Shown here one piece after another: positions 16,815-27,342 of a DNA stretch of 64,000 nucleotides. Under the pieces are notes generated by a model. The model had not been told where the DNA came from and made no database searches. It saw nothing but the letters and a program-made list of their open reading frames with translations. Every line of letters starts with the position of its first letter. Position 1 is the first letter of the stretch. The stretch is from Clostridia bacterium (GTDB lineage: Bacteria > Bacillota > Clostridia > Oscillospirales > CAG-272): positions 10,777-74,776 of the forward strand of contig JAFVUB010000014.1 of the NCBI GenBank assembly GCA_017502915.1, written 5' to 3'. The position numbers were made by a program, and so were the translations under genes.

Positions 16815-17430
16815 CTTTTTTACCCTCTACTGTTATTTTTACATTCAAAAAACCAATATCAGCTAAATACAGCAACCGTTTTTTCTCACGTTTAGAATAT
16901 GTATTCAGATATATTCTGAAGATAAAGTTCCTTGCTTTTTGTATAAGTACGGCTACGCTTTTTACAATAAACCGAACAGGAAGTGCCAATGCATGTATAA
17001 CATATGCTAACACGCATTGAGCCGCAAATCTCAATATCTCGAACAACGCAAGGATGACTTTTCGAAATATCACGCGATATAGAGAAAAACCGACTATAAT
17101 TCCTATAAAAAAACCTGACCTCGCGATGCCGTCGTTGAAACGGTATATTGTTATTGCGGTTAAAGCTCCCGCTTCAAGCATAAAAACAAGGTCATGCACG
17201 AATATCGCGGTGTTTCGGAAAAATTCGCGTGGGACTGTCTTTTTTGCACGCAGAGTTCTTTTTATCCACGGCAAATTGATACCGTACAGCCGTTCGTGCA
17301 GCTTTAGATCAAAAACACGACCACAAACGGCGGGCAATATTGCCGTCAGATCGTATAACGCTCCAAGTATTGCACCGCAGGCGGCGGATATCAGCAAGAA
17401 AAGAGCAAGAGAGAGTTGAGAAATCTCCAT
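16651..17430 (-). CDS. yabQ: Spore cortex biosynthesis protein YabQ-like membrane protein (3' end overlaps divIC by 164 nt)
   Basis: 259-aa ORF starting directly after the yabP stop. The N-terminal ~165 aa are hydrophobic and TM-rich. The C-terminal tail is basic and low-complexity. The true 3' end is uncertain. Confidence 0.6.
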   Translation of the reverse strand: MEISQLSLALFLLISAACGAILGALYDLTAILPAVCGRVFDLKLHERLYGINLPWIKRTLRAKKTVPREFFRNTAIFVHDLVFMLEAGALTAITIYRFNDGIARSGFFIGIIVGFSLYRVIFRKVILALFEILRFAAQCVLAYVIHALALPVRFIVKSVAVLIQKARNFIFRIYLNTYSKREKKRLLYLADIGFLNVKITVEGKKDARRKKEKSNSSLDSSSLVACFSNHCGTESYETQPDTKRGNKARSRKRGATVSR

Positions 17431-17715
17431 TTATTTAAGCAGTCTTCCAAGCTTTCCTCGGCGTTCGTTCGGGCTTTGGTCGTAATATGTAAGCGATTGA
17501 ACGGTTCCGTCTATTGCAACAACGCCCTTTGCGGTATCAAGCGTTGATATTCGAAGCCCCTGCCCATCAATGATCAGCTCGCCACAAACCGTTTTCAGCA
17601 CGATTGAACAATCGTCAAAGCTGACGACCTCGGTAACCCCGTTGATGCCGAGCGATTTGCGCTCCGAAAGCTGAAGGACGTGAGAGGTCTTTTCTCCCTG
17701 TTTTATATCAGACAT
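17431..17715 (-). CDS. yabP: Sporulation protein YabP
   Basis: 94 aa (HVLQLSERKSLGINGVTEVVSFDDCSIVLKTVCGELIIDGQGLRIS). Confidence 0.85.
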   Translation of the reverse strand: MSDIKQGEKTSHVLQLSERKSLGINGVTEVVSFDDCSIVLKTVCGELIIDGQGLRISTLDTAKGVVAIDGTVQSLTYYDQSPNERRGKLGRLLK

Positions 17716-17766
17716 AGCTGCCTCCGAAAAATATTTTTATAAATATTTATGCGGAGAGCTTTTAGT

Positions 17767-18009
17767 TTATTCTATTATTTCATACATTTCCGAGGCATCG
17801 TCCTTTTTTACGTGCTCACGGACATCTTTAACACGAAACTTAAGAGCTCGCTGACCGAAGGTCACCTCTATTATATCATTTTCTTTAACTGCGTACGATG
17901 CCTTTGCGGGTCTTCCGTTGACGGTTACGTGATCTGCATCGCAGGCGTCGTTGGCGACCGTTCTGCGCTTTATTATGCGCGAAACCTTCAAGAATTTATC
18001 AAGTCTCAT
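17767..18009 (-). CDS. yabO: S4-domain RNA-binding protein (YabO/Hsp15-like)
   Basis: 80 aa (MRLDKFLKVSRIIKRRTVANDACDADHVTVNGRPAK). Confidence 0.8.
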   Translation of the reverse strand: MRLDKFLKVSRIIKRRTVANDACDADHVTVNGRPAKASYAVKENDIIEVTFGQRALKFRVKDVREHVKKDDASEMYEIIE

Positions 18010-18072
18010 AGTTTCCCTTTCGCGATTGTTTACTGCACATATTGTACAACAAAATCATCGAATTGTCAAGAT

Positions 18073-18103
18073 AAAAGGCTGACACAATACGTGTCAGCCT
18101 TTT
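18073..18103 (-). terminator. Intrinsic terminator downstream of hup
   Basis: aaaaggctgacac-aatac-gtgtcagcctttt, a perfect 13-bp stem with A and T runs on both sides. Confidence 0.75.
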
Positions 18104-18113
18104 AAAAATGTTT

Positions 18114-18386
18114 TCAGTTAACGGCGTCCTTAAGAGCCTTGCCTGCAGAGAATGCGGGGAGCTTGGAAGCGGCGATCTGGATGGTCTCTCCGGTCTGAGG
18201 ATTGCGTCCGGTGCGAGCGCCTCTCTCCTTAACCTCGAAGGTTCCGAAACCAACGATCTGGACCTTCTCTCCTGCTTTCAGAGTCTCAACGATGACCTCG
18301 AGAGCGGCGTTGACGGCTGCCTCTGCGTCCTTCTTCTTGAGATTGCCCTTTGCGGCGACGGCGTCGATGAGTTGAGTCTTGTTCAT
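18114..18386 (-). CDS. hup: DNA-binding protein HU
   Basis: 90 aa ([11 protein letters not shown]...[43 protein letters not shown]). Confidence 0.92.
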   Translation of the reverse strand: MNKTQLIDAVAAKGNLKKKDAEAAVNAALEVIVETLKAGEKVQIVGFGTFEVKERGARTGRNPQTGETIQIAASKLPAFSAGKALKDAVN

Positions 18387-18434
18387 CTCGATAATCCTTT
18401 CTATTAATAGTATTTGGGTCTAACTACACTATAT

Positions 18435-18463
18435 ATAATACCATTAATTTGTCAAAATTTCAA
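18435..18463 (-). promoter_or_regulatory. Sigma-A-type promoter candidate for hup (TTGAAA-17-TATTAT, TGn)
   Basis: Minus strand reads cTTGAAAttttgacaaattaatggTATTATat. Confidence 0.5.
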
Positions 18464-18491
18464 GAGTTTTTTTTATTTTTTTTGCATATTT

Positions 18492-19304
18492 TTACTGATT
18501 TTTTGACTTATTTTTATCCCAAATGTCGTCAAGCTGTGCCATAGTGAGATTTTCCGGGACAAGTCCTTTTTGAGACAGTTCTATCTCTATGGATTCGAAG
18601 CGATTTATGAATTTGTCGGTTGCTCGGTTCAAGGCGTTTTCGGGCTTTACGTCGAGCTTTCGGCAAAGAGACGTTACCGTGAGAAGCAAATCTCCGAGCT
18701 CCTCTTCTATCTTACATCGGTCTCCTGAGGCCTTGGCTTCGATGACCTCAAGCTTCTCTTCCTCAAGCTTTGCAAGAACCTCGTCGGCATCCTTGAAATC
18801 GAAGCATTTCGCCTTTTTGCCAACCTTTTCGGCGCGCATCAGTGCGGGAAGCTGACGAGGAATAGAACGAAGCTTTGAGGTGACTGTTTCGCGTTGCTTT
18901 TCCTCGCTCTTTATCTTGTCCCAATTTACCAGAACCTCATCGCTGTTCTCTACCGATATCTCGCCGAAAACATGAGGATGTCGATGTATGAGCTTTGAGC
19001 ATATTCCGTCCAAGACGTTATTTATGTCAAAAACGCCGGCTTCGCGCTCGATCTGAGCGTGAAACACGACCTGCAAAAGCACGTCGCCAAGCTCTTCACA
19101 AAGCAGGTCTCGGTCTCCGTTGTCTATGGCTTCTATGACCTCGTAGGTCTCTTCAATGAAATCTTCACGAATCGATTCATGAGTCTGCTCTGCGTCCCAT
19201 GGGCAGCCTCCGGGAGCGCGTAGCAGCTCCACAACGGTCAAAAGGTCATCAAACGAATAATGCTCGTTATCGTTTAGTTTTTTGATCTTTTCTTCTCTGT
19301 TCAT
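18492..19304 (-). CDS. mazG: MazG nucleoside triphosphate pyrophosphohydrolase (tandem MazG domains)
   Basis: 270 aa. EExYEVIEAIDxGD and EELGDLLL motifs occur twice. Confidence 0.85.
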   Translation of the reverse strand: MNREEKIKKLNDNEHYSFDDLLTVVELLRAPGGCPWDAEQTHESIREDFIEETYEVIEAIDNGDRDLLCEELGDVLLQVVFHAQIEREAGVFDINNVLDGICSKLIHRHPHVFGEISVENSDEVLVNWDKIKSEEKQRETVTSKLRSIPRQLPALMRAEKVGKKAKCFDFKDADEVLAKLEEEKLEVIEAKASGDRCKIEEELGDLLLTVTSLCRKLDVKPENALNRATDKFINRFESIEIELSQKGLVPENLTMAQLDDIWDKNKSKNQ

Positions 19305-19318
19305 TTGTTATTCCTCGT

Positions 19319-20932
19319 CTATTTCAAAAGTTTTATTTTTTGCAGTGCTTTTGCAAGCTTTTCTCCCTTGGGAAGGGCTTCAAGGTCAAGCGCCGTTACT
19401 GCTCCGAGCTTTGCGGCGGTAAAAAGATATATCAGCACGTCAAGAGAGATAACCGACATCATCATTATCGCTCCGCTTATTGCCTGCTTTGACATAACGT
19501 GCGCGATCGGTATAACGAGAACGGTTGATATAGTTGCGGCAGACAGAGAACGATAGAACAAGCTTGCCGTTCGTTCCGTTCCGCAGGTGTACTTTTTTAT
19601 AAAGTACAAATTACTGATCACTATAGTCAGGTCGCACAGAAGAGTGCTTATCGGAGCGCCCAAGATATTGACATCAGGACGACCGATAAGTAAAAACTCC
19701 GATATTATTTTTATCGATACGCCAAGTGCCATAGAGATTATGGGTCTGTTTGCCTTGCCGTATGCTTGAAGTGCGGCGTTTGTTACAGTTATCAGGCAGG
19801 AAAAGAATATCGCAGGAGACAGGACCGACAACAATGGCGCGGCAATGTTGATAGCTACCGCTTGATCTGAAAAGATAAGGCAGAGTATCTCTTTGCCGAA
19901 TACGCTTATTCCCAGTGAAGCCGGCAACGCTATGAGCGAGCAAAGTCTGAACGAGGAGGACAATAGCTCCTGCTCTCGCTCTCTTCTGCCCTGTTGTGCC
20001 GCCTCTGCGATCATTGGCGCCATGGATAGCGCGATCGGTGAAATGAACGCCGGCACGAGATTGAAAATCGGTATGGCAAGATTACCGTAGCTTGAATACA
20101 TCGCATTGGCAACCGACGGAGAAAAGCCGGCTGACTGAAGTCGCGAAGAGATCAACGCTGTGTCGGTAAGGCTGGTCACGCTTATGATTGCTGCACCGAG
20201 CGTTATCGGCGCAGATATCGCGGCGAGCTTTCTAAGTATGGTTCTTGATTTTAATGAGACAGGCGAGCCTATCGTTTCTCTCTGTTGGGTCGATAGCTTT
20301 ATTATGAAGAGATAGGCTGTTGAAATAACAACTCCTGCGGTAAGCCCGGATATAGCGTATGCCGCCGTCAAATGAAGCGGTAGGTTTTGTGAAATTGCGC
20401 GGTAGGTGAAAAGAAGCCCCAGCCCAAGCTTGCCGACCGATTCAATGACCTGCGAAACGGCAGTCGGCTTCATGTTTTGAAGTCCTTGAAAATATCCTTT
20501 GACCGCACTGCCTGCAGATACCAACAAAAGCGCCGGAGAGACGGCTCGAATACACGCAGAAGCCTGCGGTATCTCAATCGACTCGGCGATAGCATCGGCG
20601 CCAAACCAAAGCACCGCCGTGCTGACAGCGCCGATGACGGTAAAAAGAGTCAGCGATACTCGGTATATCTGCGCTGCCGTTGACCTGTCGTTATCGGCAA
20701 TGCTCTTTGAGACCAGAATTGACACTGCAACCGGAAGCCCGGCGTTTGATAGCGTGAATAACAGCGTATAGATATGATACGCCGCCAAAAAATACGCCAT
20801 ACCGTCGATTCCGACAAGCTGTATCAGCGGAATTTTATAAAAAAGCCCAATAATTTTAACGGCGGCGGTCGATGCCGTTAGCACCGCGACGCCGCCTATG
20901 AACTTTTTGCGGCTGTTGTCGTCAAAGGACAC
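19319..20932 (-). CDS. MOP-superfamily flippase (SpoVB/YabM-like polysaccharide biosynthesis protein)
   Basis: 537 aa, polytopic, GTG start. Its position upstream of mazG matches the Bacillus yabM-yabN arrangement. Confidence 0.7.
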   Translation of the reverse strand: MSFDDNSRKKFIGGVAVLTASTAAVKIIGLFYKIPLIQLVGIDGMAYFLAAYHIYTLLFTLSNAGLPVAVSILVSKSIADNDRSTAAQIYRVSLTLFTVIGAVSTAVLWFGADAIAESIEIPQASACIRAVSPALLLVSAGSAVKGYFQGLQNMKPTAVSQVIESVGKLGLGLLFTYRAISQNLPLHLTAAYAISGLTAGVVISTAYLFIIKLSTQQRETIGSPVSLKSRTILRKLAAISAPITLGAAIISVTSLTDTALISSRLQSAGFSPSVANAMYSSYGNLAIPIFNLVPAFISPIALSMAPMIAEAAQQGRREREQELLSSSFRLCSLIALPASLGISVFGKEILCLIFSDQAVAINIAAPLLSVLSPAIFFSCLITVTNAALQAYGKANRPIISMALGVSIKIISEFLLIGRPDVNILGAPISTLLCDLTIVISNLYFIKKYTCGTERTASLFYRSLSAATISTVLVIPIAHVMSKQAISGAIMMMSVISLDVLIYLFTAAKLGAVTALDLEALPKGEKLAKALQKIKLLK

Positions 20933-20943
20933 CGAGAGTTACC

Positions 20944-22224
20944 TCAATCTTCGAAAAATCCTTTCAACTTCCGAGCCTCGGCTTTTATTTTTTCGATATC
21001 TATAGTCTTGAATTCTTTGTTATGATAAAGCACGCGTCCGTCAACCATAGTCATTGTGACGTCGGAGGACATCGCACTGTATGCCAGCATTGAATACGGA
21101 TCGTAGAGCGGAATGTTATGCGGCGCGTTGCAGTCGATTAGAATGAGATCTGCGCGGTTTCCGATCTTTATCTCACCGCAATCGCTTCTGCGCTGAGCGT
21201 TTGCTCCGTTTTTCGTTGCGATATTAAAGAGATCTTTCGCCGGAGCCATAATGGGGTCACAGTTGACTCCCTTGTGCAGTATCGCGGCGGTCTGCATCTC
21301 TCGCATCATATCGAGGCGATTGTTTGACGAAGCTCCGTCTGTTCCAAGCGCCACGTTTATCTTTGCATCAAGCAGCCTCTGAAGCGGAAGAACGCCGCTT
21401 CCCAGCTTGAGGTTGCTTATAGGACAGTGAGCTATAGACGTTCCCTTTTCGGAGAGAATCTGCATATCGCTATCGGTGACATAGACGCAGTGGGCGGCGG
21501 TGACGGGTGTGTCAAGGACGCCGAGCTTTTCGAACCACTCGGTCGGTGTGACCCCGTGACGTGCGATACATTCCTCATGCTCCGATCGGGTCTCGGAGAG
21601 ATGAAGCTGTATTCCAAGCCCTGCTTCTGTTGCATAGTCCGCAATAGTACGGACAGGCTTTTCGGCGTTCGTATATTCGGCGTGCACGCACATCTCACAT
21701 ACGATACGACCGTCGTCGTATCCGTTATAATCCGAGACCAACTGCTTTGATTCGGCAAATCGAAGGTCGGTAGACATATCGGTATCCTCGCCGGATGTGA
21801 ATCCGCGGCAGAGATTTGCCTTGATTCCGCTTTCGATAACGGCGCGTGCCGTATCGTTCATGAAGAAGTACATATCCGAGAAGGACACCGTTCCGCTGGC
21901 AAGCATTTCAGCGATGGCGAGCATTGAAGCGTTGTACACGACCTCGGCAGTCAGCTTATCCTCTGCCGGAAAGATCTTTTCAAAGAGCCAGCGGTGAAGC
22001 GGAAGATCGTCTGCATAACCGCGCAGAGCGGTCATAGCGCTATGACCGTGGGCGTTATAAAAGCCTGACGTGAGAAGATTGCCCTTCCCTTCAATGACTT
22101 CATCTCCGAGGCATACTATCGGATTGCCTTCAATTATTTGACTTATTCTTTTGTTTTCTATTATCACCGAATAGCGCTTGTCAACGCTGTCGGCGAGAAT
22201 TACGTCTTTGATTATAGTTCTCAT
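20944..22224 (-). CDS. Amidohydrolase, MTA/SAH deaminase (MtaD)-like
   Basis: 426 aa with motifs GFYNAHGHSAMT, HLSET and ALGTDGASSNN. Confidence 0.7.
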   Translation of the reverse strand: MRTIIKDVILADSVDKRYSVIIENKRISQIIEGNPIVCLGDEVIEGKGNLLTSGFYNAHGHSAMTALRGYADDLPLHRWLFEKIFPAEDKLTAEVVYNASMLAIAEMLASGTVSFSDMYFFMNDTARAVIESGIKANLCRGFTSGEDTDMSTDLRFAESKQLVSDYNGYDDGRIVCEMCVHAEYTNAEKPVRTIADYATEAGLGIQLHLSETRSEHEECIARHGVTPTEWFEKLGVLDTPVTAAHCVYVTDSDMQILSEKGTSIAHCPISNLKLGSGVLPLQRLLDAKINVALGTDGASSNNRLDMMREMQTAAILHKGVNCDPIMAPAKDLFNIATKNGANAQRRSDCGEIKIGNRADLILIDCNAPHNIPLYDPYSMLAYSAMSSDVTMTMVDGRVLYHNKEFKTIDIEKIKAEARKLKGFFED

Positions 22225-23123
22225 GTTCGTTTTATAAATTCATAATAGAGTGAATTGTCCGGTATCATTGACTGCGGCACGGCTTCAACGCCCTCGGTCT
22301 TGCTCAAAAGATTATTTACCTCGTCTATATACTCGCTGTCCTCGGGGACCGACAACAGCAGAGGTCGCAAAAATTGAGAAAGCAGATTGATCTCGTACGC
22401 CATTGTTGAGTCTATCTTTATCTCGCAGCTGTCAGCGTTCGGAAAGATGTTCTTTTCCTCGTTTGCGCGAACGCTTTGCCACAAGAACATACTGTACTCA
22501 GGATCCGCTCCGCGGAAGTTATAGTCGCGAACGATCCTTCGCATAAGGCGTATTTCGTTCCCTTCGAAAACCGTTCCGTCAAGAGATATGGCTGAATTTG
22601 CCCTGATATAGATGCTGATGCTTTTGAAGCGTTGCAGCATAGACGTTACTTCGGGATATACCGCCTGAATGCCCTCAAAAATATAAAGATCGGTAGGGTC
22701 GCTCTGTATCTCTGTGTATCCCGTACGCTTTCCCGTTATGAAATCAAAATGAGGTATGTGCGTTGGTTCACAGTTAACTATCTCGTTGATGCACTTCTCA
22801 AATGCCTCAAGATCAAGAGCATTGATCGAGTCAAAGTCCACCGACTCATCATCGTCTGAGGGCTTGGTCGTATCCTTGAAGAAGTTGTCTATGGACACGA
22901 GATGAACCTCTCTGCCCATTTTTGAAAGGGTGTCGATAAGCTTCTTCGCCGTTGTAGTCTTTCCCGAGCAGGAGGGACCCGACAGTCCTATGACCTTGAT
23001 ACCCTCGACGTTGCAGACCTGCTCGACTGCGGCTGAAAGCTTTTCTTCAAATTCACGTTCGCAAGCGTTTACGAACGAGAGCTGTTCGTCGTAGCTTGAA
23101 AACGCTTTTTTGCAATATTTCAT
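22221..23123 (-). CDS. Uridine-kinase/phosphoribulokinase-family P-loop nucleoside kinase
   Basis: Walker A is GLSGPSCSGKTTTAKKL. The ATG at 23123 overlaps the upstream stop (ATGA). The track's TTG start at 23168 is less likely. Confidence 0.65.
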   Translation of the reverse strand: MKYCKKAFSSYDEQLSFVNACEREFEEKLSAAVEQVCNVEGIKVIGLSGPSCSGKTTTAKKLIDTLSKMGREVHLVSIDNFFKDTTKPSDDDESVDFDSINALDLEAFEKCINEIVNCEPTHIPHFDFITGKRTGYTEIQSDPTDLYIFEGIQAVYPEVTSMLQRFKSISIYIRANSAISLDGTVFEGNEIRLMRRIVRDYNFRGADPEYSMFLWQSVRANEEKNIFPNADSCEIKIDSTMAYEINLLSQFLRPLLLSVPEDSEYIDEVNNLLSKTEGVEAVPQSMIPDNSLYYEFIKRT

Positions 23124-24610
23124 ATATCGCCGAAATTCTCCTTGTAAAACTCCTCGTACTGACGGCAAAGATCTGCAGTCTTATTATCGCTCAAATATTC
23201 ATAGGGATATTTTTGATTAAAAAGGCGCAGAATGGTTGCCTTTTCACCGTCATTTTCGGGGTATTTCATCATTTTTGAGACGGCTCCGGCACCAACCGAG
23301 AAGATGCTGTGGACTTCTTCCATCATATAGATGTTGTAGCGTCCCTCAGCACCAGGAAGCGCAAAGCCTACGTTCTCAAAATTGCCGACTGTGTTCTTTT
23401 GTCGGTACATATAATAAGGCTTATAGCCCGCCTGCCCCGACTTTATCTGTGAATAGTCGACACATTTGCCAACGTCACCGCCTCGAAGTGAATATACCTT
23501 ACTTCCGCGACGCAGATAATCGGACGATTTCTTGACACAGAAGGTATGAACGGTTATGTTATCGGGACGAAGCTGAAGTATCTTGTCAAAGGTTGCTGAG
23601 AATGATTTGAAATTATCCCCGGGAAGACCGGCTATCAGGTCGGTATTGATATATTTTATGCCGGAGGCGCGTGCAATATCATAAGCTCTGAAAAATTCTG
23701 CGCTATTATGCTCGCGTCCTATCATTTTAAGAACGTCGTCCGAAAGCGTTTGCGGATTTATGCAAACACGAGTAACGCCATACTCCTTTGCTACGGCAAA
23801 TTTCTTGGCAGTAACGGTGTCGGGGCGTCCCGATTCAAGCGTGAACTCCTCAAGAGCTGAGACGTCGGTACATTCGTTTATAGTCGACAAAAGCATTCTG
23901 AGCTGATCGGCAGACAGTATTGTCGGCGTTCCGCCGCCTATGTAGACCGTCTTTATGTTCAGCCCGATACGCTTTATGGTTGCAAACACCTGCTTTGTGT
24001 CCTCAATCAAAGTTTCAAGATACTTTGGTATCAGCGAAAGCAAACGATCCGAGGTGTAAGAAACAAACGAACAATAAGCACAACGCGAGGGGCAGAACGG
24101 GATCGCTATGTATACGCTGCAATCGCGCCGTGATGGCGTTCCGATGATATTCATCTCGTTCAGCGCAACCTCGGTGGCAAGAGAGGCCTTCTTCGTGGTT
24201 ACAAGATAATCGCTGTTGAGCAGCTTTTTGACTCTCGTTTTACTGTATCCTAGATGGAGCAGCTCGGTTGCCACCTTCGACGGGCGAACTCCGGTCAGCA
24301 TTCCCCACGACGGGCGGTAACCGACCAGCTCTCCCGCTGCCGCCAAAACTGCCGCGCCAACGGCAAGCTTGACCGTACGGTCGTGCGGGACCTCTACCTT
24401 ATAGCTCTCGGTCTTCGTCGCTTCGGTATGCTTATTGTCGACGTTTAAGCTAACGAAGGCTTCAACTCCGTCCTCGACATCTCTGACCGTTACGTCGATA
24501 GAGCTATTATCCTCTGCCTCGTCGCCCGAAAATTTTATCCCCGGGAAAAAGATCATACAAAGGGTCTGAACGTAATATTTATTTATGCTTCCATTGACGT
24601 TGACTATCAT
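23120..24610 (-). CDS. Radical SAM protein, HemN/HemZ (oxygen-independent coproporphyrinogen dehydrogenase-like) family
   Basis: 496 aa. CxxxCxxC cluster motif is IPFCPSRCAYCSF, followed by YIGGGTPT. Confidence 0.75.
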   Translation of the reverse strand: MIVNVNGSINKYYVQTLCMIFFPGIKFSGDEAEDNSSIDVTVRDVEDGVEAFVSLNVDNKHTEATKTESYKVEVPHDRTVKLAVGAAVLAAAGELVGYRPSWGMLTGVRPSKVATELLHLGYSKTRVKKLLNSDYLVTTKKASLATEVALNEMNIIGTPSRRDCSVYIAIPFCPSRCAYCSFVSYTSDRLLSLIPKYLETLIEDTKQVFATIKRIGLNIKTVYIGGGTPTILSADQLRMLLSTINECTDVSALEEFTLESGRPDTVTAKKFAVAKEYGVTRVCINPQTLSDDVLKMIGREHNSAEFFRAYDIARASGIKYINTDLIAGLPGDNFKSFSATFDKILQLRPDNITVHTFCVKKSSDYLRRGSKVYSLRGGDVGKCVDYSQIKSGQAGYKPYYMYRQKNTVGNFENVGFALPGAEGRYNIYMMEEVHSIFSVGAGAVSKMMKYPENDGEKATILRLFNQKYPYEYLSDNKTADLCRQYEEFYKENFGDI

Positions 24611-25077
24611 TTTACGTCATATCCTTTCTTTAACAGAACGTTGCTGTCCATTACTATCGTGACAGGCCCGTCGTTTATAAGCTCGACCTCCATATCAGCT
24701 CCGAAAATGCCGGTTTCGGCACGCCTGACTCCGGCGGAGATACGGCTAACGAAATACTCGTACAGTCGGTTAGCTTCTGCGGGTTTTGCCGATGAGAGAA
24801 AATCGGGACGATTGCCGTGAGAATAGTTTGCCATCAGAGTGAATTGCGATATTACGAGAAGCTCGCCGTCTATATCGCAAATCGAAAGGTTCATTTTTTG
24901 ATTCTGATCTTCAAAGATGCGTAGCTTGAGTATTTTATCTGCAAGAGCGGCAGCATCCTTTTCGGTGTCACCATCGGCAACTCCGAGCAAGATCATAAGC
25001 CCCTTGCCACACTGACCGACTATCCTTTCGTCAACCTTGACAGATGCGCGGCTGACTCTTTGAAGCACTGCTTTCAT
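24607..25077 (-). CDS. dtd: D-aminoacyl-tRNA deacylase
   Basis: 156 aa (MKAVLQRVSRASV..., SQFTLMA, GPVTI). Confidence 0.9.
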   Translation of the reverse strand: MKAVLQRVSRASVKVDERIVGQCGKGLMILLGVADGDTEKDAAALADKILKLRIFEDQNQKMNLSICDIDGELLVISQFTLMANYSHGNRPDFLSSAKPAEANRLYEYFVSRISAGVRRAETGIFGADMEVELINDGPVTIVMDSNVLLKKGYDVK

Positions 25078-27296
25078 TACGAAAAACCTCGTCTTACATC
25101 TTCAACGTCGCGCAGAGAGCGCAGGCGTGAAACGATGGATTTGAAATGATCTATATTTTTACATCCGACCTTGAGATTGATAACGATACTATCGTCAGGC
25201 TTGATCTGCGAGTTGATCTGAAGTATCGAAACGCGCATATCGGCAAGTGCCGTCGTAATATCGGCGATCAGCATCATTGTATTGCGCGCTACAATCTGGA
25301 TCATGGCGTCGTAGGTCTCGGTCGTGTTGGTTTCGGTGCTGTATTCCCACATAGCATCGACCCAACGATCGGAGCTTTCGGGATTGCTGACGCCCACGAT
25401 CGCATTCGGGCAGTCGCGCTTGTGGATCGAAACGCCGTATCCCTTTGTGATAAATCCGATAATATTGTCACCGGGAAGCGGATTGCAGCATTTTGCGAAC
25501 TTGACCATACATCCCGTTTCGCCGTCGACGATAACGCCGCCGCGTCCCTTTCCTTCACTTCCGCTTTTTACCGTCTTGACCTGATCAACGTTGGTGATAG
25601 CAGGCTGTGTCGGCTCGGGTTTAACGATCCTTTCAAACTCGTCGCGGAGCTTGCTTGCGATCTTTGAAACGGCAAGTCCGCCGTATCCCAAGGTGTTGTA
25701 GACGTCGTCTGCAGAGTTGAAGCCCGAGCGTTTGCCGACGTTTTCAACGATCTCATTTCGCTGAGCTTCGGTATAGCTCGTTCCCAGGCGACGAAGCTCG
25801 GAATCAACCGCCGATTTACCTACTATGATATTATCTGCGCGCTTTTCCTTCTTGAACCACTGACGTATTTTATTTCTTGCCTCGGACGTCTTGACTATTT
25901 TCAACCAATCTCGGCTGGGGCCCTTTGAGGACGATGATGTCAGTATCTCAACTATCTCGCCGTTTTGCGGAACTCGGTCTATAGGAACGATCATTCCGTT
26001 GATCTTTCCGCCGATCATTTTATTGCCGACCGCCGAGTGAATGGCGTATGCGAAGTCTATGACCGTCGAGCCGCTGGGCAATGCAATAACGTCACCTTTG
26101 GGAGTGAAAACGAAGGTCTCGTCGTGATAAATATCGGTTTTGAGAGCCGACATGAATTCGTCGGGGTCTCGAGTCCCATCCTCGGTCTCGATAAGCCTTG
26201 CGATCCACTCAAGCTTTTTGTCGATCTCTTCTTTTGCACGGTCGCCGGACTTATATTTCCAGTGCGCCGCGATACCGTACTCAGCTATTTGATGCATCTC
26301 GCGCGTTCTGATCTGAACCTCGAACGGAACTCCGTCGCGACCTATAACTGTTGTATGCAACGAGCGGTAAAGGTTGGGCTTTGGCGTCGAGATATAGTCC
26401 TTGAAGCGACCCGGTATAGACTTGAACATCTCATGTATTAGACCCAGGACGGTATAGCATTCAAGCTCGGTCTCAACTATGACTCGGAGGGCGTAAAAAT
26501 CGTATATCTCGTCAAAGCTCTTGTTTTGAGTGTACATCTTTTTGTAGATGCTATATACCGACTTTATACGACCCTCAAGCGTGAAATCTATGTTGTTCTC
26601 GCGCAGACAGGCATCAACGCCGCCGCGAATGTTCTCAATGAAGTTGAGATTTTGACCGTAACGCTTTTCAATATCGTTTTTAACCTCGGCGTATCCAATA
26701 GGATCGAGATACTGCAGACCGATATTCTCAAGATCGTGCTTGACGCGCTGCATACCGAGCCTGTGAGCCAGAGGCGCATAGACCTGCATCGTTTCAAGCG
26801 CAATTATTCTCTGCTTGCTCTCCGATTTTGCCGAGAGAGTTTTCATATTGTGTAGACGGTCGCAGAGCTTTATGAGGATAACTCGAATGTCCTTCGACAT
26901 TGCGAGCAGCATCTTTCGAAGATTCTCGATATGCTCGTCTTCTTTGTCATCTACCGCGAGCGCAACGATCTTGGTAAGACCGTCAACAAGAAGGGCGACG
27001 TCCTTGCCAAATAGCTTTTCTATCTCACTGAGATTGGTCTTGTCGGCGCAGTCCTCAACCGTGTCGTGCAGAAGCGCGGCACAGATCGAGTCGGTGTCAA
27101 GCTCAAGGCCCGCAACGATCTGCGCGACGGCTACGGGATGAGATATATACGGCTCTCCGCTGAGACGGAACTGCCCCTCGTGCAGCTGTGCAGCATACTC
27201 GTAAGCTCGCTCTATCTTTTGCGTGTCATATTTTTTGCCGGTGGCTCTTAAAGTGCTGAGCAGCCTTTTGAAATCGCTGATAGGATCTAAACTCAT
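25077..27296 (-). CDS. relA: Bifunctional (p)ppGpp synthetase/hydrolase (RelA/SpoT homologue)
   Basis: 739 aa. HD domain (HPVAVA...LLHDTVED), synthetase region (YRSLHTTV), then TGS and ACT regions. Confidence 0.92.
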   Translation of the reverse strand: MSLDPISDFKRLLSTLRATGKKYDTQKIERAYEYAAQLHEGQFRLSGEPYISHPVAVAQIVAGLELDTDSICAALLHDTVEDCADKTNLSEIEKLFGKDVALLVDGLTKIVALAVDDKEDEHIENLRKMLLAMSKDIRVILIKLCDRLHNMKTLSAKSESKQRIIALETMQVYAPLAHRLGMQRVKHDLENIGLQYLDPIGYAEVKNDIEKRYGQNLNFIENIRGGVDACLRENNIDFTLEGRIKSVYSIYKKMYTQNKSFDEIYDFYALRVIVETELECYTVLGLIHEMFKSIPGRFKDYISTPKPNLYRSLHTTVIGRDGVPFEVQIRTREMHQIAEYGIAAHWKYKSGDRAKEEIDKKLEWIARLIETEDGTRDPDEFMSALKTDIYHDETFVFTPKGDVIALPSGSTVIDFAYAIHSAVGNKMIGGKINGMIVPIDRVPQNGEIVEILTSSSSKGPSRDWLKIVKTSEARNKIRQWFKKEKRADNIIVGKSAVDSELRRLGTSYTEAQRNEIVENVGKRSGFNSADDVYNTLGYGGLAVSKIASKLRDEFERIVKPEPTQPAITNVDQVKTVKSGSEGKGRGGVIVDGETGCMVKFAKCCNPLPGDNIIGFITKGYGVSIHKRDCPNAIVGVSNPESSDRWVDAMWEYSTETNTTETYDAMIQIVARNTMMLIADITTALADMRVSILQINSQIKPDDSIVINLKVGCKNIDHFKSIVSRLRSLRDVEDVRRGFS

Positions 27297-27342
27297 AAAA
27301 ATGATTTGCTTTCTTCAAAAGCATTCCTTTCTTGGGGGTATG